DNA of 64,000 nucleotides from Christensenellales bacterium (lineage in GTDB: Bacteria; Bacillota; Clostridia; Christensenellales; Aristaeellaceae), in contig JBMNLP010000001.1 in the NCBI GenBank assembly GCA_050952845.1, positions 3,143,640-3,207,639 on the forward strand, written 5' to 3'. Shown here one piece after another: positions 26,812-35,945 of the stretch. The notes under the pieces are model-generated. The model saw only the letters and a list, made by a program, of their open reading frames with translations. It searched no databases and was not told the origin of the DNA. The position numbers were made by a program, and so were the translations under genes. Numbering within the stretch: position 1 is the stretch's first letter; every line of letters starts with the position of its first letter.

Positions 26812-27414
26812 ATGCATAAAGCGGCAAAACAACCGATGGCAAACAGCCCGGATAGCGCACGGGTATTCATCGCAGCGGCGCCGGGAAAAGAGCTGGCCGG
26901 CCTGCTGGAAAACGCACAGCGGCTGATATCCCGCCATGCTGTCAAGGCGTCGCTGACCAGGCCCGGCAACCTCCATATGACGCTGCGGTTCATCGGGGAC
27001 ACGCCGCCGGATCGCCTCGCATTGCTGCGCCGCTGGTTTACCGGACTGCCGGCGCCCGATCAGGCCATGATGACGGCACGCCTGGCCCGCTGGGGCAGCT
27101 TCAGCCAGCGGGACGGGCTGTTGTTGTGGGCAGGGCTGGACGTCGATGCCGGGCTGACAGCCTGGGTAAACAACATGGAAACAAGGCTGCGCGCCCTGGG
27201 CTTTCCCGGTGAAACGCGGACCTTCCTGCCGCACATCACGCTGGCGCGGCGGGTAACGCTGAGCCAGCCCATGGCAGACTGGCTGCCGCCGCCGGAACAC
27301 ACCATGGTAAGCTTTGACAGCCTGACGCTGTACCGCAGTGATTTTACGCCGGGCGGCGTGGTGTATACGGCGCTGGATACGCTGGCGATCAGCGGGCATG
27401 CACCAACGCCCTGA
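26812..27414 (+). CDS. thpR: RNA 2',3'-cyclic phosphodiesterase (2H phosphoesterase, LigT/ThpR)
   Basis: The start was set at ATG 26812 after a ggggag SD. It carries the two H-x-T-x motifs HMTL and HITL. A TATAAT sits at 26775-26780. Confidence 0.75.
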   Translation: MHKAAKQPMANSPDSARVFIAAAPGKELAGLLENAQRLISRHAVKASLTRPGNLHMTLRFIGDTPPDRLALLRRWFTGLPAPDQAMMTARLARWGSFSQRDGLLLWAGLDVDAGLTAWVNNMETRLRALGFPGETRTFLPHITLARRVTLSQPMADWLPPPEHTMVSFDSLTLYRSDFTPGGVVYTALDTLAISGHAPTP

Positions 27415-28432
27415 TATCCCCGATCAACGCCTCCACGTCCTCCGCCCGGGTCGCCCAGCTGGTGCAGAAGCGCACGATGCTGCGGGCATCGTCCAGACGT
27501 TCGATGATGCCGAAATCGTACGTGTTCAGCAGCTTGTTGATGACGCCATGGGGCAGCACCGGAAACTGCTGGTTGGAGGGCGATGGCGACGCAAAGGGAA
27601 TGCCCATTTCTGTCAGCGCATCCCGCAGGTGTATCGCCAGCGCGTTGGCATGGTGCGACAGGCTTAAATAGAGATCGTCCTTCAGCAGCGCCTCAAACTG
27701 GGCGCCCATGAGCCATCCTTTGGCCAGCATGCCGCCGCGCTGCTTGAGGGCATAGCGAAAATCGCGCTGCAGAGCCGGGTTGGTGATGACCACGGCTTCG
27801 CCAAACAGCGCGCCCTGTTTGGTGCCGCCCACGGTGAATACATCACAGGCAGCGGCAATGGCTTCGGGTGCAGGCGCGTCTTCCGCCGCCAGGGCATAGC
27901 CCAGGCGCGCGCCGTCCAGAAACAAGGGCAGGCTGTACTGCCGGCAAACAGCGGACAGCGCCGAAAGCTCGTTTCCGGTGTACACGGTGCCCAGCTCGGT
28001 GGTGTTGGAGATGTACACCATGCCGGGCTGCACCGTGTGCTCCATGGCTTCGTCCGCCCGGTGGACATCCACCAGGCGCGCGACATCGGCAGCCGCCACC
28101 TTGCCGCAGGCATGCGGCACCGCTAGCACCTTGTGCCCGGTGGCCTCCACGGCGCCGGTTTCGTGCACGTTGATGTGACCGGTGTCGGCAGATATTGCGC
28201 CCTGATGCGGGCGCAGCATGGCGGCGATCACGGTGAGATTTGCCAATGTGCCGCCGGGGATAAAATGCACATCGGCTTCAGGCGCATGAAACATATCCCG
28301 GATACTCTCCGCTGCGGCTGCGCAGCGGCTGTCGGTGCCATAGCCTGCATGCGCATATGGGTTGATGGCCGCCAGGTGCGCCAGCACGCTGTGGTGCGCG
28401 CCAAAGCCATAGTCGTTGCGGAAGCTGATCAT
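27389..28432 (-). CDS. low-specificity threonine aldolase-like PLP enzyme
   Basis: 347 aa, with N-terminal FRNDYGFGAH and a PLP-lysine region FTVGGTKQGALFGE, typical of the beta-eliminating lyase/threonine aldolase family. Confidence 0.75.
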   Translation of the reverse strand: MISFRNDYGFGAHHSVLAHLAAINPYAHAGYGTDSRCAAAAESIRDMFHAPEADVHFIPGGTLANLTVIAAMLRPHQGAISADTGHINVHETGAVEATGHKVLAVPHACGKVAAADVARLVDVHRADEAMEHTVQPGMVYISNTTELGTVYTGNELSALSAVCRQYSLPLFLDGARLGYALAAEDAPAPEAIAAACDVFTVGGTKQGALFGEAVVITNPALQRDFRYALKQRGGMLAKGWLMGAQFEALLKDDLYLSLSHHANALAIHLRDALTEMGIPFASPSPSNQQFPVLPHGVINKLLNTYDFGIIERLDDARSIVRFCTSWATRAEDVEALIGDIRALVHAR

Positions 28433-29559
28433 GCTCTGCCGTCCTCCCCTGCGCTGCTGGGTGCATCTGCCTGTGCCGGCGGGGCGGCTTCACCGCCGGG
28501 CAGGTCGGCAACCGTGATCAGCATCAGCTGCTCCCTGGTTACATCAGGCTGCCCAGCCAGGCGGTTGGCCTGCCGGGACACCGCCTGTTCAAACAGGTTG
28601 CGCACGCCGCGGGCGTTGCCAAAGCCGATGTTGTCGGCGCTGGCCTGTTCAATGATTTTTCGCAGCGGTTCTTTGGCGTCCTCTGCTAAGACATAGCCGG
28701 CTTTGTCGCCGCGCATGGTGAATATGGCCATCATTTCGTCGACGGTATAGTCCGGAAAATGCATGAACCGGTTGAACCGGCTCTCCAGCCCTGGGTTGGC
28801 ATGGATAAACGCGTCCATCAGCTCCGCATAGCCGGCTACAATGACGATCAGGTCGTCCCGATGGTCCTCCATGGCTTTCAGCAGCGTTTCCACAGCCTCC
28901 TGACCGTAGTCGTTCATGCCGCGGGAGGTCAGCGCATAGGCTTCGTCGATAAACAGCACGCCGCCCAGCGCCTTTTGCACAGCTTCCCGGGTTTTGATGG
29001 CGGTTTGCCCGACATAGCCCGCCACCAGGCCGCTGCGGTCCACTTCCACCAGGTGCCCCTTGGACAGGATGCCCAGCGCATGGTAGATGCGCGACATCAG
29101 CCGCGCCACCATGGTTTTTCCCGTGCCCGGGTTGCCGGAAAACACCATGTGCAGCGACAAATCCTCGCAGGGCAGGTTGTGCTGGCGGCGCAGGTTGTAC
29201 ACGGTGACCAGGTTGATCAGGCTGTCCACTTCCTGTTTGATCAGGTCCAAGCCGATGTAGCTGTGCAGCTCCTCCCGCAGGTCCTCTATGTTTTCGCGGG
29301 GCGGGGCAGCCGGGGCTTCCTCCGCATTTTTTTCCTCGGCTGCGGCGTTGTCCGTGCCGAACACGTCGGGCACGGGGGGATAGCCTGCGGGCGGGGTGTC
29401 GGGAAGGTCCGGCTCATTCTTCGCAGGGGGCATGCCCCACAGGTCCTCCCCGACGCGGCGCAGGTTTTCGCCGGCCAGCTGGCGGATAACCTCGCTCTGC
29501 AGGCGGATGATCTCGGCTTTGCGCCGGTCGTCTGATGCGCTCATGACGTTCCCTTTCAT
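28429..29559 (-). CDS. AAA+ ATPase, SpoVK/CbxX type
   Basis: Walker A GNPGTGKT and Walker B VLFIDEAY. The N-terminal extension is Pro/acidic-rich. Its stop overlaps the downstream aldolase start. Confidence 0.8.
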   Translation of the reverse strand: MKGNVMSASDDRRKAEIIRLQSEVIRQLAGENLRRVGEDLWGMPPAKNEPDLPDTPPAGYPPVPDVFGTDNAAAEEKNAEEAPAAPPRENIEDLREELHSYIGLDLIKQEVDSLINLVTVYNLRRQHNLPCEDLSLHMVFSGNPGTGKTMVARLMSRIYHALGILSKGHLVEVDRSGLVAGYVGQTAIKTREAVQKALGGVLFIDEAYALTSRGMNDYGQEAVETLLKAMEDHRDDLIVIVAGYAELMDAFIHANPGLESRFNRFMHFPDYTVDEMMAIFTMRGDKAGYVLAEDAKEPLRKIIEQASADNIGFGNARGVRNLFEQAVSRQANRLAGQPDVTREQLMLITVADLPGGEAAPPAQADAPSSAGEDGRA

Positions 29560-29602
29560 GGTTGGCTGCTGTTTACAGGATAGACGCGTAAAGGATATGT
29601 TC

Positions 29603-30343
29603 TTATGGCATGATCTTGTCTAAAAAGTACGCCATCTGCACGCGCCACCAGGGCCAGTCGTGGTTGACATCGGGCCCCCACCGGTCAAACCAGGCGTTGA
29701 TGCCCTTCTGGTTCATCGCCTCCTGCAGCAGGCCCATGCTGTGCAGCATTTGCTCCTCCCAGGCGCCCTGGCCCGCGCAGATGATGATGGTGCAGGTGTT
29801 CAGCATCGCGATATAAGGATGGTCGTGCGGCATGGCGCTGATGGAGGACACCGGGCTGTTCAGGTGCACCAGGTCGTCGGTGTAGCCGTCTAACAGCCAG
29901 GCGGCGTCGTAGGCGCCGGAGAGCCCGATGACGGTGTCAAACAGGTCGGGCCGGCGAAACAGCGTGTTGACGGCGTGGGTGGCGCCCATGCTGCAGCCGG
30001 TGGTCATCATGCGCCCGTCCCAGCCGGCATCGTCCCTGATAAAGGGCACCAGTTCGTCGACGATATACCGGAACCACTGCTCGTGGCGCAGCAGCCGGTC
30101 CCGGGGGTGCATCATGGTGTTGGACCAGGTTTCGCTGTCGATGCCATCCACGCAGTACAGGCGGATTTTACCTTCCCTCAGGTGCCTGGTGCAGGGTTCC
30201 AGCATGCCAAAGTTCTCATAATCCCAGTACCGCCCGTCCTGCGAGGGAAACACCAGGCAGGGTTTGCCGGCGTGGCCGTGGATGTCCATCGCCATATCGC
30301 GCCCCAGCGCGGGGCTGTAAAAGCTGTGATGCCGTTTGCCCAT
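29603..30343 (-). CDS. alpha/beta-hydrolase 'putative esterase' family protein
   Basis: The start was set at MGKRHH (ATG 30341-30343). The nucleophile elbow is GCSMGA. It begins 2 nt after the ATP-grasp stop. Confidence 0.7.
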   Translation of the reverse strand: MGKRHHSFYSPALGRDMAMDIHGHAGKPCLVFPSQDGRYWDYENFGMLEPCTRHLREGKIRLYCVDGIDSETWSNTMMHPRDRLLRHEQWFRYIVDELVPFIRDDAGWDGRMMTTGCSMGATHAVNTLFRRPDLFDTVIGLSGAYDAAWLLDGYTDDLVHLNSPVSSISAMPHDHPYIAMLNTCTIIICAGQGAWEEQMLHSMGLLQEAMNQKGINAWFDRWGPDVNHDWPWWRVQMAYFLDKIMP

Positions 30344-30345
30344 TG

Positions 30346-31539
30346 TCAGGCCCTTTCCCGGACGTAGTCGATAAAGGCGTCCGCTTCCTCTCTGTTGATG
30401 CACCGGGCAAGGTACATGGCGTTGCCCATGGTGTTGGACAACACCTGGGGCAGCCGCTCCTGCATGACCAGGCGGTGTCCATAGGCCTCGATGACAGCCT
30501 GGTGGGTATGTTTATAAGGCTTGCCGTCGCGCCTGCCTACAAACACGCAGTAATAGGTTTTCCTACGGGCATCCAGCCTGATTGCGTCATGGGCCACCAT
30601 GTCGGCCCACAGGCGGTGGATGTCCACGCTGCCGGCATAGTTGATCATGTCCGGCGTGAAGCCGCCCGAAGGGCGCATGTTAACCTCCAGCGCCACGATG
30701 TCGCCTTTCTTGCCCAGTCCCGTCTGGTCGCGGTCGAGGCGGAAAAACTCAAAGTGCACCAGGCGGCTTTTGGCGCCGAAGGCTTTCACGGTGCGCCGCC
30801 CGGCGTCCTTCAGGTCATCGGGCAGCTCGGGCACGATCATGTACACCGAATCCAGCTCCTCGTTGACCACGTCGATCAATGAAAAGGGCGTGATGTTGCC
30901 GGTTTCGTACAGCGGTTCACCCCGGCTGTTCACCAGGGCATCGTATGAGCAGATGGTGCCAAACACATATTGCTCTAAGATGTAGGGCTGAATGGGCAGC
31001 TTCGTGAAAAAGGCCGCCAGCTCCGCCCGGTTGCGCAGGCGGTAGGTGTCGCTTGCGCCGACGCCGCTGTCGGGCTTGGCGACAAGCGGATATCCCACCT
31101 CACCGGCAAATGCTTCGGCGTCTGCCAGCGTGGTCGCCATGCGCCAGGCGGCTGCCGGCACACCTGCCCGCTGATAGCCGCTTTTCATAGCGGACTTGCG
31201 CTTGTATAAATCCATCTGCCCGGCCTGTGGTCCCGTGGTGATATGAAACATGGTGCGCAGCCAGGCATCCTGCACCAGCCAGTACTCGTTGTTGCTCTCC
31301 AGCCAGTCGATCTTGCCCCAACGGTGGGTAAACCAGCCCACGGCGCGCAGCACCGCCTCGCCGTCCTCCAGCGAAGGCACCTGATAATAGTCATCCAGCG
31401 CATCCCGGAGCTGCGGCAGCAGGTGCTCCCAGGGCGTATCGGCAATGCCCAGCACCCGGACGCCGGCATCCTTCAGCGCCCGGCAAAAGCGCCAGTAATG
31501 CTCCGGAAAATGCGGTGATATAAAAACAAAGTTGGTCAT
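30346..31539 (-). CDS. ATP-grasp domain protein (carboxylate-amine ligase-like), function unknown
   Basis: The start was set at MTNFVF (ATG 31537-31539) after an aggagac SD. ATP-grasp-like segments include GYPLVAKPDSGVGA and ALEVNMRPSGG. Confidence 0.7.
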   Translation of the reverse strand: MTNFVFISPHFPEHYWRFCRALKDAGVRVLGIADTPWEHLLPQLRDALDDYYQVPSLEDGEAVLRAVGWFTHRWGKIDWLESNNEYWLVQDAWLRTMFHITTGPQAGQMDLYKRKSAMKSGYQRAGVPAAAWRMATTLADAEAFAGEVGYPLVAKPDSGVGASDTYRLRNRAELAAFFTKLPIQPYILEQYVFGTICSYDALVNSRGEPLYETGNITPFSLIDVVNEELDSVYMIVPELPDDLKDAGRRTVKAFGAKSRLVHFEFFRLDRDQTGLGKKGDIVALEVNMRPSGGFTPDMINYAGSVDIHRLWADMVAHDAIRLDARRKTYYCVFVGRRDGKPYKHTHQAVIEAYGHRLVMQERLPQVLSNTMGNAMYLARCINREEADAFIDYVRERA

Positions 31540-31857
31540 GCCTGTCTCCTTTCCGGGCAATCGCCTGTGGCATGCTTCAAGGAATGATACCATAGCTGCC
31601 AATTTGCCGTCAAAGAGAATACGGGGAAAAAACAGGGGGAAAAAACAGAGTGTCAGAGGGCCAAGAGGCCCAAAGTTGACAAAGCCTTGTAGTAGAAAAA
31701 TCCAAAGGAACTATCGTATTTGGGCGAAGCAATCCCTTGAAGTTGTATCCAAATCAAGCGGGCAGGCATTGTGTAAATCTGCTCTAAACTTGGACAGTGT
31801 TTTTTTAGATAGTATCTACACGAGTCAGGCGAGAATGCCTGCCCAAATAGCGATACA

Positions 31858-32313
31858 TCAAGCCAAAACGGCAGCGATGAAGCCATCACTGGTTTTCGCG
31901 TAACGAGTTGCGATCCCTCGCCAACGCTTAAGAACAAGAAATGCATTCTCAACCAAATGACGTATACGATACAGATATTCATCATAATCTCTCTTCTCTT
32001 TACGATTCTTCTTTGGTGGAATGACAACTTCCATACCGGCTGACGTAGCATAAGCAATGATCTCATTCGTATCATACCCTCTGTCCGCAAGCAGAGCTTC
32101 AGCCGTTATTCCCTCAATCAGATGGATAGCTTCTTTACAATCAGCTCTGGTACCTTTTGTGATAAGAACTCGGACTGGCATACCATGCGCATCCACGGCC
32201 AAATGTATCTTGGTGTTGAGCCCCCTTTTGTGCGGGACATATCTTGATTCCCGCCTCTTGCTCCGGCTGCGTGGGGATGAACCTTGATGTGGCTTGTATC
32301 TATCATCAGCCAT
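31858..32313 (-). CDS. IS5-family transposase, DDE part (orfB)
   Basis: KGGLNTKIHLAVD, ADRGYD and RHLVENAFLVLKRWRGIATRY are DDE_Tnp_1-type motifs. Confidence 0.8.
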   Translation of the reverse strand: MADDRYKPHQGSSPRSRSKRRESRYVPHKRGLNTKIHLAVDAHGMPVRVLITKGTRADCKEAIHLIEGITAEALLADRGYDTNEIIAYATSAGMEVVIPPKKNRKEKRDYDEYLYRIRHLVENAFLVLKRWRGIATRYAKTSDGFIAAVLA

Positions 32314-32591
32314 TCATAATCCGGATCCTGAACAAGAGCTTCAAGAACCTTTTCCCACACTCCGCTCCTGCGCCAACGAATGAATCGTTGATGCACTGTT
32401 CCCCACTTCCCATAATCTGGAGGCAAGTCTCGCCAGGGAGCTCCTGTTCGCAATACCCAGAATACCGCGTTGATAAACCTCCTGTTATCATGCGAAATCC
32501 CTCCCCATTGACCGCGTTGCCCTGGTAGCAATGGTTCGAGTAATTTCCATACATCATCACTTATGTCATGTCGGTGATACGCTGGCTTCAT
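32118..32591 (-). CDS. IS5-family transposase, N-terminal part (orfA)
   Basis: DDVWKLLEPLLPG...RRFINAVFWVLRTGAPWRDLP...RFIRW is a typical DUF4096/IS5 N-terminal domain. Confidence 0.8.
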   Translation of the reverse strand: MKPAYHRHDISDDVWKLLEPLLPGQRGQWGGISHDNRRFINAVFWVLRTGAPWRDLPPDYGKWGTVHQRFIRWRRSGVWEKVLEALVQDPDYEWLMIDTSHIKVHPHAAGARGGNQDMSRTKGGSTPRYIWPWMRMVCQSEFLSQKVPELIVKKLSI

Positions 32592-32806
32592 CTCTCGATC
32601 CTCCTTACAACAGATGGAGTCATTATATCATATGTCTCGTGTAGACACAATGTAGATACACAAAAATGATGATAATAATTTTTTTATGCTGTAAACAGCC
32701 AGTAATTATAAGGGTTTTCGGGCATTATATTTGTGTTCAAGTGTAAAACTCAGGAAAAATAATTAATAATTTCTAGAATGTCTGGAAAAAGTTCTGAAAA
32801 TAACTA

Positions 32807-32835
32807 TTGACTTTCAGAATTCTGTCTGCTACAAT
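32807..32835 (+). promoter_or_regulatory. candidate promoter of the island-2 regulator/transporter operon
   Basis: TTGACT (32807-32812), a 17-nt spacer, then TACAAT (32830-32835). An 8-bp inverted repeat ttctgaaa / tttcagaa straddles the -35 box. Confidence 0.5.
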
Positions 32836-32907
32836 GATACAGAATGATCCAACACTGATACAGCGTTTGATGCAACAGCATGGTATTAAGATGAGAGGCA
32901 GAATCTC

Positions 32908-34074
32908 TTGAGAAAGCCAGAAAAAAGAAAAAGCTACTTACAGATAGCATATGATCTACACCATCGTATACTGAGCAATGAATTTAGTTTGCTACAGAAA
33001 CTTCCTACAAGGCGAGAACTTGCGCAATATTATCAATCCAGCGTTAATACAATTGCAAAAGCATTAAAGTATTTAGAAAACAAAGGTATTGTTAAAAGTG
33101 AAAATCGTGTAGGTACATTGATCATCAATGAGTTGCGAAATGATAATCGCAACAGACTAATAGCCTCATGCATTATATCCATTGATAACCCGCTATGGAT
33201 GTCTGCTCTCAGGGGAGCTGAGGATACTCTTCGCTCTAAAGGATATTCAATGATAACCATAAGTCACGATCGTGACTCTGCCCGCCTGATGAAAGCATTG
33301 AATGATATGACTAACACACCTTTGGACGGTATGATCATTGCTCCAATACATCAAGAAGGAGAGCCAGATAATCAATTTGTCAATGCCGTTAATTCCCTGT
33401 TAGAGCGATCTGTCCCCTTGGTTTTTGTTGATCGATCCTTGCCGCTTTTTTCCGTTCCATGTGTAACAACGGATAACTCTAACGGTGCATATCGACTCAC
33501 ACGAATGCTTATTGATAATGGCCATAGAAACATTGCGTTTGTTCGTATCAATCATGTTAGCACTATAGAGGAGCGATATTCAGGTTTTCGACGCGCGTGT
33601 TACGATGCTCAACTTAAGAAATCAGATATTCATGACTTCTTTATCAAAACAAAACAGGAAGACTTCCAAGACGAATTTGACCAGTTTTCTCATCAGCTGG
33701 AACAATTGCTTGTTGATCATAATGTCTCTGCCTTGTTTACAGCAAATGACCAAATCGCAAAAGCTGTGCTATACACGCTCAAACGAATGCATATACACGT
33801 TCCCGACGATATATCTGTTGTAACTTATGATAGCATAAATCTATCACAAACAACTCCATATCGTATTACTGGAATGCAACAAAACTTCTACGAAATCGGA
33901 CGAATAGCTGCAGAAGTCCTGCTTCAAAAAATACGCGGCGAATTACGAAACAGCAGCTTAGAATATATTGTACCTTCTGACCTTATTCTTTATGACTCAA
34001 TTCGAAATCTTCATACAGATGAGGAGGCATCAAATGAGTATACACAGAGGTATATCTACCAAACCAGCATATAA
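32908..34074 (+). CDS. GntR-type wHTH fused to a LacI/PBP1-type sugar-binding domain (transcriptional regulator)
   Basis: TTG start. The N-terminus reads LPTRRELAQYYQSSVNTIAKALKYLENKGIV (GntR HTH). The remaining roughly 300 aa resemble a LacI-family ligand-binding domain. Confidence 0.8.
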   Translation: MRKPEKRKSYLQIAYDLHHRILSNEFSLLQKLPTRRELAQYYQSSVNTIAKALKYLENKGIVKSENRVGTLIINELRNDNRNRLIASCIISIDNPLWMSALRGAEDTLRSKGYSMITISHDRDSARLMKALNDMTNTPLDGMIIAPIHQEGEPDNQFVNAVNSLLERSVPLVFVDRSLPLFSVPCVTTDNSNGAYRLTRMLIDNGHRNIAFVRINHVSTIEERYSGFRRACYDAQLKKSDIHDFFIKTKQEDFQDEFDQFSHQLEQLLVDHNVSALFTANDQIAKAVLYTLKRMHIHVPDDISVVTYDSINLSQTTPYRITGMQQNFYEIGRIAAEVLLQKIRGELRNSSLEYIVPSDLILYDSIRNLHTDEEASNEYTQRYIYQTSI

Positions 34075-34990
34075 GAAACTAAATTTGCTCGACATGCTGA
34101 AACGTGAATTCAAGCTGCGGAAATGGCTTTATCTTATGGTATTGCCTGGTATAGCTGTCATTTTCATATTTAATTATGTTCCAATGTATGGTATACTTAT
34201 TGCCTTTAAAAAATACAAAGTTAAGTTAGGCATTCTTAAAAGTCCATGGGTTGGGCTTGAATATTTTCAAACCTTCTTCAACAATCCTTTTGCCATTCGT
34301 ACAATACGCAATACTTTTTTATTGGGGCTTTACAATCTGCTCTGGACTTTTCCTGCACCTATTATTTTAGCAATTATGTTTAATGAAGTAAAAAACGCAA
34401 AATACAAAAAATTAGTCCAAACTGTATCTTACTACCCAAATTTTGTCTCTACAGTGATCATTGTTGGCATGTTGCCAGCTTTCTGTGCCTCAGATGGCTT
34501 ATTTAACACCATCAGAGGTTTATTTAACCTCACGCCGATCAACTTTTTAAGTGAAGCCCGATACTTTCGTACACTTTATATTGCTTCCGGTCTTTGGCAA
34601 GGTGTCGGGTTTGGCTCTATTATTTATTTAGCTGCGCTTACTGGGATTGATCCAACATTGTACGATGCTGCAGACATTGATGGCGCAGGTCGATTACAAA
34701 AAATACGGAGTATAACGTTTCCACATTTATTGCCAACAATCATTATCCTTTTTATTCTCGCAATAGGTAACCTTTTCGGATCAGACACGCAAAAGGTACT
34801 TCTTATGTATTCACCTTCAACGTATGAGACTGCCGATATTATTGGTACATATACATATCGAGAGGGACTTGAAGGAGCCAGGTTTGAATATTCAACTGCT
34901 GTCGGTCTTTTTCAAACGCTTGTAAACTTTTGTTTTTTGCTGAGCGCAAATCTATTCATTCGCAAAGTATCCGAAACAAGTTTGTTCTGA
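34034..34990 (+). CDS. carbohydrate ABC transporter permease (LplB type)
   Basis: The start was set at ATG 34034 after a gaggagg SD, so it overlaps the regulator's 3' end. Has FNYVPMYGILIAF and the EAA-loop DAADIDGAGRLQKIRSITFP. Confidence 0.85.
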   Translation: MSIHRGISTKPAYKKLNLLDMLKREFKLRKWLYLMVLPGIAVIFIFNYVPMYGILIAFKKYKVKLGILKSPWVGLEYFQTFFNNPFAIRTIRNTFLLGLYNLLWTFPAPIILAIMFNEVKNAKYKKLVQTVSYYPNFVSTVIIVGMLPAFCASDGLFNTIRGLFNLTPINFLSEARYFRTLYIASGLWQGVGFGSIIYLAALTGIDPTLYDAADIDGAGRLQKIRSITFPHLLPTIIILFILAIGNLFGSDTQKVLLMYSPSTYETADIIGTYTYREGLEGARFEYSTAVGLFQTLVNFCFLLSANLFIRKVSETSLF

Positions 34991-35002
34991 GGAGTTGTTA
35001 CG

Positions 35003-35899
35003 ATGAGAAAGCACAAAGAATCCTTTTCGTCCAGGCTACTTGACGTTTTCATTAATCTCTCTATGTTCTTGATTATGATAATAATGGTATATCCTTTTCT
35101 GAATGTCATAGCAATGTCATTGAGTAGCAATGATAACCTTATGCTTGGTAACGTTAGTTTCTTTCCGCGCGGAATTAACTTTAATGCATACTCACTTGTT
35201 TTGAAAGACAATTTAGTATGGAGTGCATATAAGAATACCGTATTGTACGCCGCGGGATCAGTCATCACGATGCTTTCCTGCACAGCTTTGCTAGCATATC
35301 CATTATCCATAGCTGAATTCAAAGCTAAGAAGCTGATAACTGTCTACTTAACAATAACCATGTTTTTTAGTGGCGGACTCATACCAACTTATTTATGGAT
35401 ACGCCAATTAGGCTTAATAGGAACGTATTGGGTTATGATTTTACCTGGCTGCGTTAGCGCATATAACGTATTTGTCTTTCGTACCTTCTTCCAAGGATTA
35501 TCCAAAGAACTGCGTGAATCCGCATATATCGATGGAGCAAATGACGTAGTATTGCTCGTCCGTATTGTTCTACCTTTATCAAAGGCCTTGTTTGCGACTT
35601 TTACATTATTCTCCATTGTTGGTACATGGAATTCCTGGTTCAATGCGTTGATTTACTTGAAGGATGAGCGAAGCTATCCTTTACAGCTAATATTGCGAAG
35701 GTATTTATTCAATCCACTTGAAGGAATTGACGGAACAGTTCCACAAGAGATGCAAATGATGCTTCAAAGCTTAAAAATTAATCCCAAATCTGTTCGAATG
35801 GCTGTTGTAGTCGTTGCAATGTTACCAATAACGTTTCTATATCCTTTTTTGCAAAAATACTTTGTTACAGGTGTTACACTTGGTTCCATTAAAGGATGA
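35003..35899 (+). CDS. carbohydrate ABC transporter permease (LplC type)
   Basis: 298 aa, with EAA-loop ESAYIDGANDVVLLVRIVLP and C-terminal GVTLGSIKG. Confidence 0.85.
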   Translation: MRKHKESFSSRLLDVFINLSMFLIMIIMVYPFLNVIAMSLSSNDNLMLGNVSFFPRGINFNAYSLVLKDNLVWSAYKNTVLYAAGSVITMLSCTALLAYPLSIAEFKAKKLITVYLTITMFFSGGLIPTYLWIRQLGLIGTYWVMILPGCVSAYNVFVFRTFFQGLSKELRESAYIDGANDVVLLVRIVLPLSKALFATFTLFSIVGTWNSWFNALIYLKDERSYPLQLILRRYLFNPLEGIDGTVPQEMQMMLQSLKINPKSVRMAVVVVAMLPITFLYPFLQKYFVTGVTLGSIKG

Positions 35900-35945
35900 C
35901 GGGATATACATGCCCGCATCAAATATATGTAAGGAGGAAGTTCCC

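Larger units (their letters stand above)
31812..32648 (-). mobile_element. IS5-family insertion sequence (IS427-like size, two-frame transposase)
   Basis: Terminal inverted repeats gtatctacacgag (31812-31824) and ctcgtgtagacac (32636-32648) match at 12 of 13 positions. The element is about 0.84 kb. The transposase occupies two overlapping frames offset by -1 at aaaaggggg (rc of 32221-32229). Confidence 0.8.

Noticed and set aside
27389-27414. A 26-nt convergent overlap of the thpR and threonine-aldolase-like 3' ends, considered as a possible antisense regulatory arrangement.
   Set aside because: Short convergent overlaps are common in compact high-GC genomes, and no additional structure was seen. 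It is not distinctive enough to report.
31623-31648. Tandem ggggaaaaaacag ggggaaaaaacag repeat, considered as a possible CRISPR or other repeat array.
   Set aside because: There are only two 13-nt copies with no spacers. No CRISPR-like array (regularly spaced 25-40-nt repeats) was seen anywhere in the window.
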